Below, one piece after another: positions 35,886 to 45,520 of a DNA stretch of 64,000 nucleotides. Both the position numbers and the translations under genes were made by a program. Source of the stretch: Alphaproteobacteria bacterium. Its GTDB lineage: Bacteria; Pseudomonadota; Alphaproteobacteria; Rs-D84. Below the pieces are notes generated by a model. It searched no databases. It was not told where the DNA came from and saw only the letters and a list, made by a program, of their open reading frames with translations. Positions within the stretch are counted from its first letter, which is position 1. The number at the start of each line of letters is the position of its first letter. The stretch is taken from the NCBI GenBank assembly GCA_046881825.1, contig JBKSMS010000014.1, forward strand, positions 40,325 to 104,324. Reading direction: 5' to 3'.

Positions 35886-36806
35886 TCAAATCAAATATAT
35901 CAAATACCCAGCATAACAGATTAAAAACAGCCAGCCCATTTTTCGGCTTAGTGTTTTTGTATATATCGCACACAGCCAAAGCATTATAGATACAATCACC
36001 GCAATCGCAGCATCAATCGCAAAAGCATATTCAAATGTTATTGAATGGGCAAAACCGGCTATCCCCAGCACAAATAATATATTAAAAATATTAGAGCCTA
36101 TAATGTTTCCGATGACTAAATCGACATGTTTTTTTCGGGCGGCAGTTATACAAGTGACTAATTCTGGCAAACTGGTTCCGACCGCGATTATAGTTAAACC
36201 GATAGTGCGATTTGGAACATGCAAAACAGTCGCAAGATTAGTAGCAGAATTTACCGTTAAATTACTGCCGAAAATCAAAGCCACTATACCCAATACCAAA
36301 AACACAATTGTTTTAACCAAGGAAATTTCCGGGATTTTTTGTGATTTCACCTTTTTTTGTTTTGCCCTCCAAAAAAGATATCCCAAAAACACCACAAATA
36401 ACAAAAGTAAAACGACTGCCCCGCCCCTGGTTATCGCGCCATATCTGACCCCCAGCCACATTAAAACTATTGTCACAAATATGGAAAACGGTATTTTATA
36501 TTGTATTGTTTTGTCTTTGAAAATCAATGGTGTTATTATCGCAGAAATCCCCAACACCAATAAAATATTAGCTATGTTTGAACCCAACGCATTACCAATC
36601 GCCAGCCCATCTGCGCCGTGTAATGCAGAAGAAAACGATACCGCAACTTCTGGCGCACTGGTTCCCATGGCAACGACAGTTAAACCAACTATTATTTCTG
36701 GAATATGAAAACGGCGCGCCAAGGCAGATGCACCATCTACAAAAGCATCTGCCCCGCGAATTAGTAAAACAAACCCGATAACAAGCAATAGAATATTTAG
36801 CAGCAT
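35886..36806 (-). CDS. CaCA-family (YrbG-like) cation/Ca2+ exchanger
   Basis: Duplicated alpha-repeats GNALGSNIANILLVLG and GNIIGSNIFNILFVLG; about 10 TM. Confidence 0.8.
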   Translation of the reverse strand: MLLNILLLVIGFVLLIRGADAFVDGASALARRFHIPEIIVGLTVVAMGTSAPEVAVSFSSALHGADGLAIGNALGSNIANILLVLGISAIITPLIFKDKTIQYKIPFSIFVTIVLMWLGVRYGAITRGGAVVLLLLFVVFLGYLFWRAKQKKVKSQKIPEISLVKTIVFLVLGIVALIFGSNLTVNSATNLATVLHVPNRTIGLTIIAVGTSLPELVTCITAARKKHVDLVIGNIIGSNIFNILFVLGIAGFAHSITFEYAFAIDAAIAVIVSIMLWLCAIYTKTLSRKMGWLFLICYAGYLIYLI

Positions 36807-36830
36807 GATACATCATTATATCATAAAAAA

Positions 36831-37595
36831 CTATTTTTTTAAATTATTGTTTTTGAATCCGCGCAAATATTTCTTTTGTGCAACAGTAATACGATAAGAT
36901 TCTGTTGCTTTTTGTATGGTTTTATTATGTGTCCACAAATCTAATTTTTCTTTTTCAATAATACCGATAATTTCATCCCAATTTTTAGCCAGCGCAGTTG
37001 CAAAATACCACGCACGCATCATGTTAACATAGTATTCATTACTTTTTATATTTAAAATCATGTCTGCATATTTAATATCAAAATTATCCCCCAGATAAAA
37101 TCGCATCAACAATCCTGTTGCAAACCGCACAGTATAGGCATGTTTCGATTTTATCCATTTTTTGATCCACGGCAAAAGTGCATCTGTGTTTTTCGCAAAG
37201 ACTTTTGGTATCATTTGGTCACAGGTTGCCCAATTATCAACATACGGCAAAAACTTATCAACCATATCCACACATTTTTCAAAATCGCGTATATCAGACA
37301 ACACAAAAGCATGAATTTGGTTTTCTTCGAAATATTTATGTGGCAAAGAATTTAAAAAATCATCCGCGTTTGATAATTGTTTAGCATACCTGCGCAAAGC
37401 CGGCGTTTTAACACCTAACACTGTTTCTGTGGCAATATTCGGCAGTAATTTCGCATTAAAATTTGCGAATTTTTCATCACGCATAGCCAATAAATCATTT
37501 TCTATATTGCTTGTCATATTTATTATTTTTTCATAAAAATTTGCATCTTGCAATCTTGTTTTTTGTTTGACAGGGGCATATACATTGCTTAACAT
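36831..37595 (-). CDS. DNA alkylation repair (AlkD-like HEAT-repeat) protein
   Basis: MRDEKFANFNAKLLPN...VLGVKTPALRRYAKQL pattern; start may be the internal Met at 37517. Confidence 0.65.
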   Translation of the reverse strand: MLSNVYAPVKQKTRLQDANFYEKIINMTSNIENDLLAMRDEKFANFNAKLLPNIATETVLGVKTPALRRYAKQLSNADDFLNSLPHKYFEENQIHAFVLSDIRDFEKCVDMVDKFLPYVDNWATCDQMIPKVFAKNTDALLPWIKKWIKSKHAYTVRFATGLLMRFYLGDNFDIKYADMILNIKSNEYYVNMMRAWYFATALAKNWDEIIGIIEKEKLDLWTHNKTIQKATESYRITVAQKKYLRGFKNNNLKK

Positions 37596-37610
37596 GTTCG
37601 TTAATTATTA

Positions 37611-39530
37611 ATGGGTAATGAAATGTTGAAAAAATTCTTTAAAATAGCGTTAATTGTTTATTCTGTTTTTGTTTTAGGTTTGTTTGCGTTTGTAAAAAAA
37701 ACTGATATGCTGGGTGATGGTTATGAATACACATATATGACTGAATCTTTTATACAACATAAAACCCCAGAACAACTGGATACAGATGTCGCCATTGCCC
37801 AAGAAAAATTAAAAATTCAAAACCCACACGTTAATTTACGTCCAGAGCACGATGGTTTTTATGAAAGCAATGCTGGTAACAAATGGTATAGTTATCATTT
37901 TTGGCTTTATCCTTTGGTCGTATCCCCAATACAACAAGTTATCGAATTATTTCATGGTAACCCTTTGCGTGCTTTTGGTATAACCAATGCTTTGCTGTAT
38001 TTAACCATGTTGTGGTGTGTTTATTTACTAAGCGCATCTGACAAGAAAGTTTGGCTAACTTTGTTAATGGCAATGTCACCCCTGATTTCGTATATTATTT
38101 GGACATCCCCAGAAGTATTTAGTGCATCCTTGTTGGCGATGGCTTTGGTTTTTTATTTCAGAAAAAATTTACAAATGGCGATATTGTTATCTGGATTGGC
38201 GGCATGTCAAAATCCACCTATTTTGTTTTTCACCGTTTGGTGTGGATGCTTATATCTTTGGCACACTTATAAAAAATACATTGATGAACATACTTTTGAT
38301 TTTCGTGAATTTATAATTACGGGTTTGTGTTCACTTCCGCTTTTGTTGTCCCCGTTGTTTTATTGGATAAATTATTCCACACCAAATTTGATTGCAAAAA
38401 TTGGTGCATCAAAACTTGAATTTATAAACTTTGGTAAATTTCTAAGTTATTTCTTTGATTTAAATCAGGGGGCCATTGTTTATTCTGGATTACTTTTGCT
38501 GGTCTTTTTATGGTTGGTTGTAAAAAATCTTGTGTTGAAAAAATTTAAATATTTTGAATTGGTTATAATATCATTGATAATGATTATATCTTGTTTAACA
38601 ACACCTAATTGGAATAGTGGGATGAGCCACGTTATGAGATATTTTGTCTGGCTCTATCCAATGATTGTATTTTATGTTGTGTATTCGGTTGATTTTACTA
38701 AACAGAAATTATTAGGATATATCTTAATCGCGAACATGTTTATTTTATGTTGTGCTAATTCATGGTTTAAAGGTGACGATAATCATGGACGACATAATGT
38801 TATTGCCACAGCGATGTTATCTAATTACCCTGCCTTTTATAACCCAGAACACGAAATTTTCACAGAACGAATACTGCACCAAGACCCTGCCTTTTCTTGT
38901 TTTGTCGCTTTCTTGGACAACACAGGGGAAATTCGCAAGATACTGACCACCAAAGACGCATGGCTTGAATTGCCAAACAATGAAAAATATACCATAAAAG
39001 ATTCTGATTTTTATACTAATCAATTGTCAAAATTCAAAAACGATGTTCCCAGATATGTCAATGTGACGCGCAACCAAATCGTCACAAACGGACCAACGGT
39101 CGAAATAGACAAAAAGATTAAATTCAGCGAAATAGACGAAGATATTCGTGGGTTATCCGTAAAAGAACCTTGGGGTCGGTGGAGCGATGGCAAACAAGTT
39201 AACATACGGTTAAAATTCAAAACATTAAACAAAAACAGACAACAAATAGGGTTAAAAATTGATGGTTATCCGTATTTGCCCCCGAAACGAGAATCTCTGA
39301 AAATTGATATTTTTGGAAATGACAAGTTGTTAAAAACTTGGGTATTTACACATGAACATTCTGATTTTGAAAATATAGTTTATGTTCCAACAAAAGATAT
39401 TTCTGAAAACGGGAATATATTAGATTTGAATTTTAAAATTCATAATCCAATATCACCATCAAAAGCGAACGATGGTCCAGATTCCAGAAAGCTGGGCTTT
39501 GCTTTCTTCAGCATTGAAATTGTAAAATAA
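37611..39530 (+). CDS. polytopic membrane protein, putative GT-C-type (polyprenyl-phosphate-sugar dependent) glycosyltransferase with a soluble C-terminal domain
   Basis: 639 aa; more than 10 TM; acidic first loop (DGYEY); about 190-aa C-terminal soluble region; gene context. Confidence 0.4.
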   Translation: MGNEMLKKFFKIALIVYSVFVLGLFAFVKKTDMLGDGYEYTYMTESFIQHKTPEQLDTDVAIAQEKLKIQNPHVNLRPEHDGFYESNAGNKWYSYHFWLYPLVVSPIQQVIELFHGNPLRAFGITNALLYLTMLWCVYLLSASDKKVWLTLLMAMSPLISYIIWTSPEVFSASLLAMALVFYFRKNLQMAILLSGLAACQNPPILFFTVWCGCLYLWHTYKKYIDEHTFDFREFIITGLCSLPLLLSPLFYWINYSTPNLIAKIGASKLEFINFGKFLSYFFDLNQGAIVYSGLLLLVFLWLVVKNLVLKKFKYFELVIISLIMIISCLTTPNWNSGMSHVMRYFVWLYPMIVFYVVYSVDFTKQKLLGYILIANMFILCCANSWFKGDDNHGRHNVIATAMLSNYPAFYNPEHEIFTERILHQDPAFSCFVAFLDNTGEIRKILTTKDAWLELPNNEKYTIKDSDFYTNQLSKFKNDVPRYVNVTRNQIVTNGPTVEIDKKIKFSEIDEDIRGLSVKEPWGRWSDGKQVNIRLKFKTLNKNRQQIGLKIDGYPYLPPKRESLKIDIFGNDKLLKTWVFTHEHSDFENIVYVPTKDISENGNILDLNFKIHNPISPSKANDGPDSRKLGFAFFSIEIVK

Positions 39531-39548
39531 AAAAAACGGAGAAATATC

Positions 39549-40088
39549 ATGAAAAATTGGGAAAAGCCAAAAAATGTAAAAACACCAACAACTAAATCAG
39601 ACAAAGCTTATCGTTTCATATCTTATGCGGCCGTTTCTGGCTTTGGTGTTGGATATTTTCCGTTTGCATCTGGAACAGCTGGTTCTTTTGCGACATTGCC
39701 TTTTGCGTTTTTGTTTGCTTATTTTTGGGGATTTTGGGGTATTGTGATATCTTCTATACTTGTTTTTATAATCGGTGTAATTACTTCCAAAGAAGTGTTA
39801 AAATACACAGAACACGACCCATCGATAATTATCATAGACGAAGTAGTCGGTCAATTATTGGCTTTTGTATTTGTTGCGAAATTATTACAAAATAATCTGG
39901 ACGCATGGTGGGCTTATGTTTTGGGCTTTTTCTTGTTCAGATTTTTTGATATTATCAAACCAGAACCTGCAAAATGGGCTGACACAAAATTGCTTAACGC
40001 ATGGGGTGTTATGCTGGATGATGTGTTTGCTGGTTTGTATGCTGGTTTGTTTTTGTATTTAATCAACATATACATAAAGGTTATGTAA
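39549..40088 (+). CDS. pgpA: PgpA-family phosphatidylglycerophosphatase-like phosphatase
   Basis: GFGVGYFPFASGTAGS, IIIDEVVGQ, FRFFDIIKP. Confidence 0.75.
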   Translation: MKNWEKPKNVKTPTTKSDKAYRFISYAAVSGFGVGYFPFASGTAGSFATLPFAFLFAYFWGFWGIVISSILVFIIGVITSKEVLKYTEHDPSIIIIDEVVGQLLAFVFVAKLLQNNLDAWWAYVLGFFLFRFFDIIKPEPAKWADTKLLNAWGVMLDDVFAGLYAGLFLYLINIYIKVM

Positions 40089-40089
40089 A

Positions 40090-40959
40090 ATGATAAAGAG
40101 TATTTATAAACTAATTCGTGTTAAACAATGGGTCAAAAATGCTTTTGTGTTGGCGCCCTTGCTGTTTTCTTTGAAATTCTTGGAAATTGCCAGTATAGAA
40201 AGCGCTTTTGTTTGCTTCTTTGTTTTCTGTTTTGTTTCGTCCATTGTGTATATTTTGAACGATATCGTTGACAGAAAGAAAGACGCACAACATCCAACTA
40301 AAAAATTTCGCCCAATCGCCAGCGGAAAAATTTCTGTCAAAATGGCACTGGCTATCGCGGTATTACTTGTGTTGGGGGCGGTATTTGGATTGCTTTATCT
40401 GCAAAATGACAAGGTTATTATCACCATTGCTTTGTATTTGCTGATAAATATTTTCTATTCATTGAAATTGAAAAACATTGCTATCATAGATGTATTTATG
40501 ATTGCTTTGGGCTTTGTTTTGCGGGTTTACGCGGGTGCTTATGCGATTGGTGTTCCTGTATCCAGCTATATATTCATGACAACATTGTTTTTATCGCTTT
40601 TTCTTGGCTTTACAAAAAGAAAGATGGAATTGTTGCACTGTGGTTCAACAGCACGCAAAGTATTACAAAACTATTCAAATGATATGGTGAATCAGTATAT
40701 TATCATTTCGATTGCTTTGACGATAATGTGTTATGCGCTTTATACGCTGGAACCATCAACAATTTTACATTTTGGGACAAACAGATTGATTTACAGTGTT
40801 ATCTTTGTTATCTATGGTATGTTCCGGTATTTGTATATTTTGGACAAACACAAAGATGTCGAAGACCCAACTGAAAATGTCCTTAAAGACAAAGGATTAA
40901 TCGGCGCATGCGTGCTCTGGGCAATTTATGTTTTATTATTGTTAGCGAAAGTGATTTAA
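40090..40959 (+). CDS. UbiA-family prenyltransferase, decaprenyl-phosphate phosphoribosyltransferase (DPPRT)-like
   Basis: NDIVDRKKDAQHPTKKFRPIASG signature; 8-9 TM; start 1 nt after the pgpA stop. Confidence 0.65.
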   Translation: MIKSIYKLIRVKQWVKNAFVLAPLLFSLKFLEIASIESAFVCFFVFCFVSSIVYILNDIVDRKKDAQHPTKKFRPIASGKISVKMALAIAVLLVLGAVFGLLYLQNDKVIITIALYLLINIFYSLKLKNIAIIDVFMIALGFVLRVYAGAYAIGVPVSSYIFMTTLFLSLFLGFTKRKMELLHCGSTARKVLQNYSNDMVNQYIIISIALTIMCYALYTLEPSTILHFGTNRLIYSVIFVIYGMFRYLYILDKHKDVEDPTENVLKDKGLIGACVLWAIYVLLLLAKVI

Positions 40960-40971
40960 AAGGAGTTTAAT

Positions 40972-41340
40972 ATGCAAACTTATTTTATCGTAATAGTTAG
41001 TGTTTTATTTAATACTTTTGCGCAATTACTTTTGAAATACGGCTTAAAACCTTTTGCGGGTATCGAAATCACAACATCAAACATGCTTAGATTACTAGGA
41101 ACAATTTTTACCAATTGGTATGTTTTAGGTGGTATGTGTTGTTTTGTAGCCAGTGTGTTTTTATGGTTTGTTGTTTTAACAAAATTACCAGTATCCATAG
41201 CTTATCCCATGGGTAGTTTGGGCTATTTATTTACCCTGATTTTGGGGTATTTAATCCTTAATGAGCCAATCACTCTGCTTAAAATAATCGGTGTGATTTT
41301 AATATGTCTTGGTGTCGTGGTATTATCACAAAGCCATTAA
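40972..41340 (+). CDS. 4-TM SMR/EamA-like small transporter (ArnE/ArnF-like flippase candidate)
   Basis: 122 aa, four hydrophobic helices; FNTFAQLLLKYGLK. Confidence 0.5.
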   Translation: MQTYFIVIVSVLFNTFAQLLLKYGLKPFAGIEITTSNMLRLLGTIFTNWYVLGGMCCFVASVFLWFVVLTKLPVSIAYPMGSLGYLFTLILGYLILNEPITLLKIIGVILICLGVVVLSQSH

Positions 41341-41444
41341 ATGTCTCTTCGTATAATAAGAAATCATGTTTCCCAACCAAATACTTGACAATTATGTTTT
41401 TTGTATTACCATGTGCATATAAGATATAAAACAAAGGATAAGAT

Positions 41445-42902
41445 ATGGCTAATTTGAAAAAGGTTTTCTTAGGCGCTATGTTGACTGGTGGACTTGTTGT
41501 TGGGGCGCCCAGCTGTTCATCCAAAGACAAAAACGACAAAGATAACGACAAACAAAAAACCGAAGCAAAAAAACAAAACGATACTGTTTTCGCAGACTTC
41601 AAAGCTTGTATGGCTCCGATAACACCTCAAGCGATGATAGAAACAATATTGACAGAAGGTGTCGAACTTGATAACAAAGGTTTGTGCAAACCATATCGTA
41701 AAAAACTGAACAACGGCAAATGGGACAAATGGACCATCGGATTTGGTATAACACAATTAGATGGTAAACCTGTCACTAAAAATACACGACACATCACGCT
41801 TAAAGAAGCATGGGAAAAATCCATAAAATTTTATGAAGATGACGAAGCGTTTTTCTTTATGTGGTGCTATGAGATAGGCATGGACAATTTGAACATAGAT
41901 ACCAAGGAAAAAGCATTATGTTTGGCATCTGTGTTGTATAATTCCAATTCTAATTGCATAGAAAACCCAAACGATACACAAAATCATTGCAATCGTAATG
42001 CAAAATTACGTGAATTATATGAAAAATATGGTGATGCTATAACCGCTGAACAAGTCAAAGCTTTGTTTGCCGAATACCCTATTTCTCAACCAACCAGTTT
42101 TGGAAAGGTTTTAAACGGTGGTTCAGAAACAGAATGGGCAAACGCATTGGGCGGTTTTTGCGCAGAAGGCGGTGGTATTTATTGGCGTCGCTGGTTGCAA
42201 GGTCAAATAGCATTAGGCAATATCACATACAAAGATTTATTAGATTTACCAATGAAAAGTATGTATGATTTTTGGTGTGTTATCGGCAAACAAAAATCTG
42301 CTTTGTTTAACACAAACAAAGACGGCAGCATCACAGTAAATCCATCAGCTTTGAAAAAATTCAAAGAATGGTCAAAAAATCCTGTTGATAAAAAAGGAAA
42401 CAAGATTACTCGCAAAACTGTGCGCGAAATCATGAATTCAATTGACACAGCATTGGTGGCCCAGGCGGAAAACGCCACATTTACACCAAGCAGCAAATCA
42501 AAGACAGTTTATTTTGCTGATGTGTCGGCAAGGGCTTTGAATGATTCTTCTTATATTGCTTATAAAAATGGCGACTATGCAACGGCGTTAAAAGCTGGAC
42601 AATCCGCTTTGGAATTGGCAACAGACAGCTTGCAATTAAGGGCCGCTAATTACAACATCGGCATTTCATATTCTGCTACTGGCAAATATAACAAAGCTGT
42701 TCGTTATTTGAAACAATCTTTGGCATACGAAGAAACCAAGCCCGCACAGAAAGCTTTGCAAGAGGCACAACAAAAACGCGATGAACGCAGTAAAAATCGC
42801 CGTAAAACAGCTGGAAAAATTGCATTGGGCTTTGGTCTCGGTTTTGCCGGTGCTGTGATTGCACGCAAAAAATTCTTGGCACAAAGACAAAAGCACAAAT
42901 AA
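41445..42902 (+). CDS. lipoprotein with a lysozyme-like region, TPR repeats and a C-terminal TM anchor
   Basis: Signal/lipobox GAPSC; WTIGFGIT resembles the TIGYG core of GH24 lysozymes; ANYNIGISYSATGKYNKAVRYLKQSL TPR; hydrophobic C-terminus. Confidence 0.4.
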   Translation: MANLKKVFLGAMLTGGLVVGAPSCSSKDKNDKDNDKQKTEAKKQNDTVFADFKACMAPITPQAMIETILTEGVELDNKGLCKPYRKKLNNGKWDKWTIGFGITQLDGKPVTKNTRHITLKEAWEKSIKFYEDDEAFFFMWCYEIGMDNLNIDTKEKALCLASVLYNSNSNCIENPNDTQNHCNRNAKLRELYEKYGDAITAEQVKALFAEYPISQPTSFGKVLNGGSETEWANALGGFCAEGGGIYWRRWLQGQIALGNITYKDLLDLPMKSMYDFWCVIGKQKSALFNTNKDGSITVNPSALKKFKEWSKNPVDKKGNKITRKTVREIMNSIDTALVAQAENATFTPSSKSKTVYFADVSARALNDSSYIAYKNGDYATALKAGQSALELATDSLQLRAANYNIGISYSATGKYNKAVRYLKQSLAYEETKPAQKALQEAQQKRDERSKNRRKTAGKIALGFGLGFAGAVIARKKFLAQRQKHK

Positions 42903-42926
42903 TAAAAACATCTGCAAACTCTAGAT

Positions 42927-42953
42927 ACCCCGCCTTGGTGGCGGGGTGTTTTT
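42927..42953 (+). terminator. intrinsic terminator; lies at the metK truncation point (its U-run overlaps the fragment's stop codon)
   Basis: ACCCCGCCUUGGUGGCGGGGU + UUUUU. Confidence 0.65.
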
Positions 42954-43188
42954 ATTGCGTTATTCCAGATATGCCCATGGCACAAAGTTTTCTATAAACA
43001 GGTTTATCCAACCTTGCACTACTGCTTATTTCGCCACCAAGGACAACAGTATTATCTTTTATCATTACTTCAACTGCATATCTGACATTTGGATCTTGTT
43101 CGATTATTTTATCTAAAACAAAACTGGAAATATAATCAGCTGTTTTATCTGGATGTCCAAGTGACACCGCCTCTGCTGTTCTTTGCAT
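42952..43188 (-). pseudogene. metK: S-adenosylmethionine synthetase, N-terminal 78-aa remnant
   Basis: AEAVSLGHPDKTADYISSFVLDKIIEQDPNVRYAVEVMIKDNTVVLGGEISS matches the MetK N-terminus; a full-length MetK would be about 5 times longer. Confidence 0.75.
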
Positions 43189-43848
43189 AGTTTACTCCTT
43201 TGGTTTTTGCAAGATGAACCAAAGGTGGATTCAAAAGATGTTCCACGCATTATAACCATAAAAACACGGAAAAATCGCATATTACAACCCCTTGTTTAGT
43301 CCGTTTAAAGGTAAGGACAAGTCAGGATAAATCCACCTTAATCTGCACGTATTATATCATCACAAAAACACCAACGCAAGAAAAAACAAATGTATAACAT
43401 TTTTTACAAAAAAAAATAATAAAATATATCCTTGTCCGTTTGCACATGTATTATACATATACTCTATCCCAAAAATCAAACTAAAAATTTTTTATAGTTC
43501 GGCAGGTATAGCAAAGCACTGTTAATGGTCAGAAAGGTATCTGCCACTAATCAGCCAAATATGAAATTTTCGACAAAAATCCATCATGGCTTTGGTGATA
43601 TAATATTGATTTTTACGCTATTTTATGGTATAATAAGTTTAAGTTTGATGGCACATTTTGTGCCGTTTTTTTATGTCCGCGATATCACCCACAAAATTTT
43701 GCAATTTTGCGGGGCCCGATAAGCGGGCTTTTTTATTTAACAAAGGAGATTTTAATATGAGCGATACGTGACTTAAAACAAAAATAGTGCCGTAAAAACC
43801 GGCCATTGGACAAAAATAAACATAAATGAAGAATTAAAAAAAGAAAGA

Positions 43849-44364
43849 ATGAAAAACATGAAAATCAGTTCTAAAGGGCTTTCTTGGTTGAAAGACAAAG
43901 AAGATAAAGTCTTGAACAAGCTAGGCAATCACATTATTTATGATGACCAAACGGGTCTTCCAGTAAACACAAACGAACCATTACCCAAAGGCGCAACTAT
44001 TGGTTATGGACATCTAGTAAAATCGGATGAAGATTTTAGAAATGGAATTACAGAAAATGTAGCCACAGAACTATTACGTTCTGATATTGCAACAGCTGAA
44101 CGTGCGGTAAAAAACAATATTACCGTTCCATTATCTCAAAATCAATACGACGCATTGGTATCTTTAGCATACAATATAGGCACCAGAAATTTTGCAACTT
44201 CAACAGTTGTTAAATATATAAACAATCCGAATTTTCATAGTTCTGTATATCCAAATTTAGAATCTGCGTGGAAAGCATGGAATCGTTCTCAGGGTAAAAT
44301 ATCAAACGGTTTAATTAACCGCAGACAAAACGAGTGGAATATGTATAGCCAAGGTATATATTGA
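43849..44364 (+). CDS. GH24 (T4/lambda-type) lysozyme
   Basis: LKDKEDKV..., GATIGYGHLV, SQNQYDALVSLAYNIG. Confidence 0.8.
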   Translation: MKNMKISSKGLSWLKDKEDKVLNKLGNHIIYDDQTGLPVNTNEPLPKGATIGYGHLVKSDEDFRNGITENVATELLRSDIATAERAVKNNITVPLSQNQYDALVSLAYNIGTRNFATSTVVKYINNPNFHSSVYPNLESAWKAWNRSQGKISNGLINRRQNEWNMYSQGIY

Positions 44365-44396
44365 TTTTTACAACAATAATATTTATACTGTGACGT

Positions 44397-44786
44397 ATGA
44401 ACAAGATTTTGCTGTTTTTAGTGTTTTTGGTTGGCTGTGACTCTGCTGACAGCCAATCCTGTGATTTATGTGGAAAGTGGTCTTTTGAACAATTTGAATA
44501 TGCTGGACATATAACTACAGATTGTAAAGATACTGCGAACCGGTTTTACAAAAACTCTTATATCGAAATCGATAAAACCAGTTTTATAAAAACATATTAC
44601 ACATATGATACACAAAATGAAATTAAAGATACACATATTGTCTTCGGCGAATATGATTATGATGAAAATGCCCGAGAATTCTTTATTAAATCTGGCGATG
44701 AAATAATTGAAACATTTTATGAATCTACACCGGATACAATTTATTTATTATCAGATGGATGTCGTTTTTATTTTAAAAAGAATTAA
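44397..44786 (+). CDS. lipoprotein, unknown function
   Basis: Lipobox LVGC; follows the lysozyme by 32 nt. Confidence 0.45.
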   Translation: MNKILLFLVFLVGCDSADSQSCDLCGKWSFEQFEYAGHITTDCKDTANRFYKNSYIEIDKTSFIKTYYTYDTQNEIKDTHIVFGEYDYDENAREFFIKSGDEIIETFYESTPDTIYLLSDGCRFYFKKN

Positions 44787-44856
44787 CATATATCGACTTT
44801 TCCGATTGGTTCAAAAACAATGGACATGATTTGATTATCAATGTAGAATATTAACC

Positions 44857-45198
44857 ATGAAACAAAAAATGTACCTTTTTATGTATATAATTGCCGGATT
44901 TTTATTCGGCACTTTATATACATTTTTGTGTGATTTAGCTTACTTTAGGAGGATTGCAAAATATGAAAGCATTTGGATAAACACATATTCCCATATGAAT
45001 GGGAATCAACAACAGGTTTGGATGGCAAATAATGATATTTTTTGCATATTTATAGTACTTGGACTGTTGATGTGGATTGGTTATGTTCTTGCACCTATTT
45101 ATAGAAAAAAGGTATTTTTTATTCCTTTATTGGGCGTGCCAGTATTTTTTATAATTCAATTTATATTGTGTTCGGTTTTAAGAATAATTTGTTTATAG
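44857..45198 (+). CDS. 3-TM membrane protein, unknown function
   Basis: 113 aa, hydrophobic. Confidence 0.35.
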   Translation: MKQKMYLFMYIIAGFLFGTLYTFLCDLAYFRRIAKYESIWINTYSHMNGNQQQVWMANNDIFCIFIVLGLLMWIGYVLAPIYRKKVFFIPLLGVPVFFIIQFILCSVLRIICL

Positions 45199-45321
45199 CA
45201 CCACAATTCCTTGCTTTTACAACGGAAGTTATGTGGTTGTTACCTGTTTGCCATTGAACATTTTTTACACACAAGATAAATCATTGCTATTTAATGCTTA
45301 ATGGACTATTTTTGTATTGAT

Positions 45322-45520
45322 ATGACAAAGATATTTACAATTGGTTTTAGTGGCAAAAGTCCAGAAGCATTTCTGGATGTGCTGAACGCGGCACGCATAA
45401 GTTGCGTGTGGGATATCCGCCAATGGCGAACCAGCGCTTATGTTCCATATTACAATGGCGATAATTTAGCAAAAGTTTTGAGCAATCGTTATGAATATCA
45501 CCCAGAATTTGCGCCAACTT
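45322..45520 (+). pseudogene. DUF488-family gene, N-terminal fragment
   Basis: MTKIFTIGFSGKSPEAFLDVLNAARISCVWDIRQW... is DUF488-like for about 65 aa only; end coordinate approximate. Confidence 0.4.

Noticed and set aside
43189-43345. SAM-II/SAM-V riboswitch in the metK leader (a GCGAUUUUU segment is present)
   Set aside because: I could not find the AAAGCU pseudoknot partner or match any SAM riboswitch consensus by eye. Only the long-range 10-bp helix is reported.
43525-43722. 65-aa ORF as a confident holin gene
   Set aside because: It is hydrophobic and followed by a terminator (GCCCG-AUAAG-CGGGC + U6), but has no clear SD or family motif. It is mentioned only as context for the lysozyme cassette.
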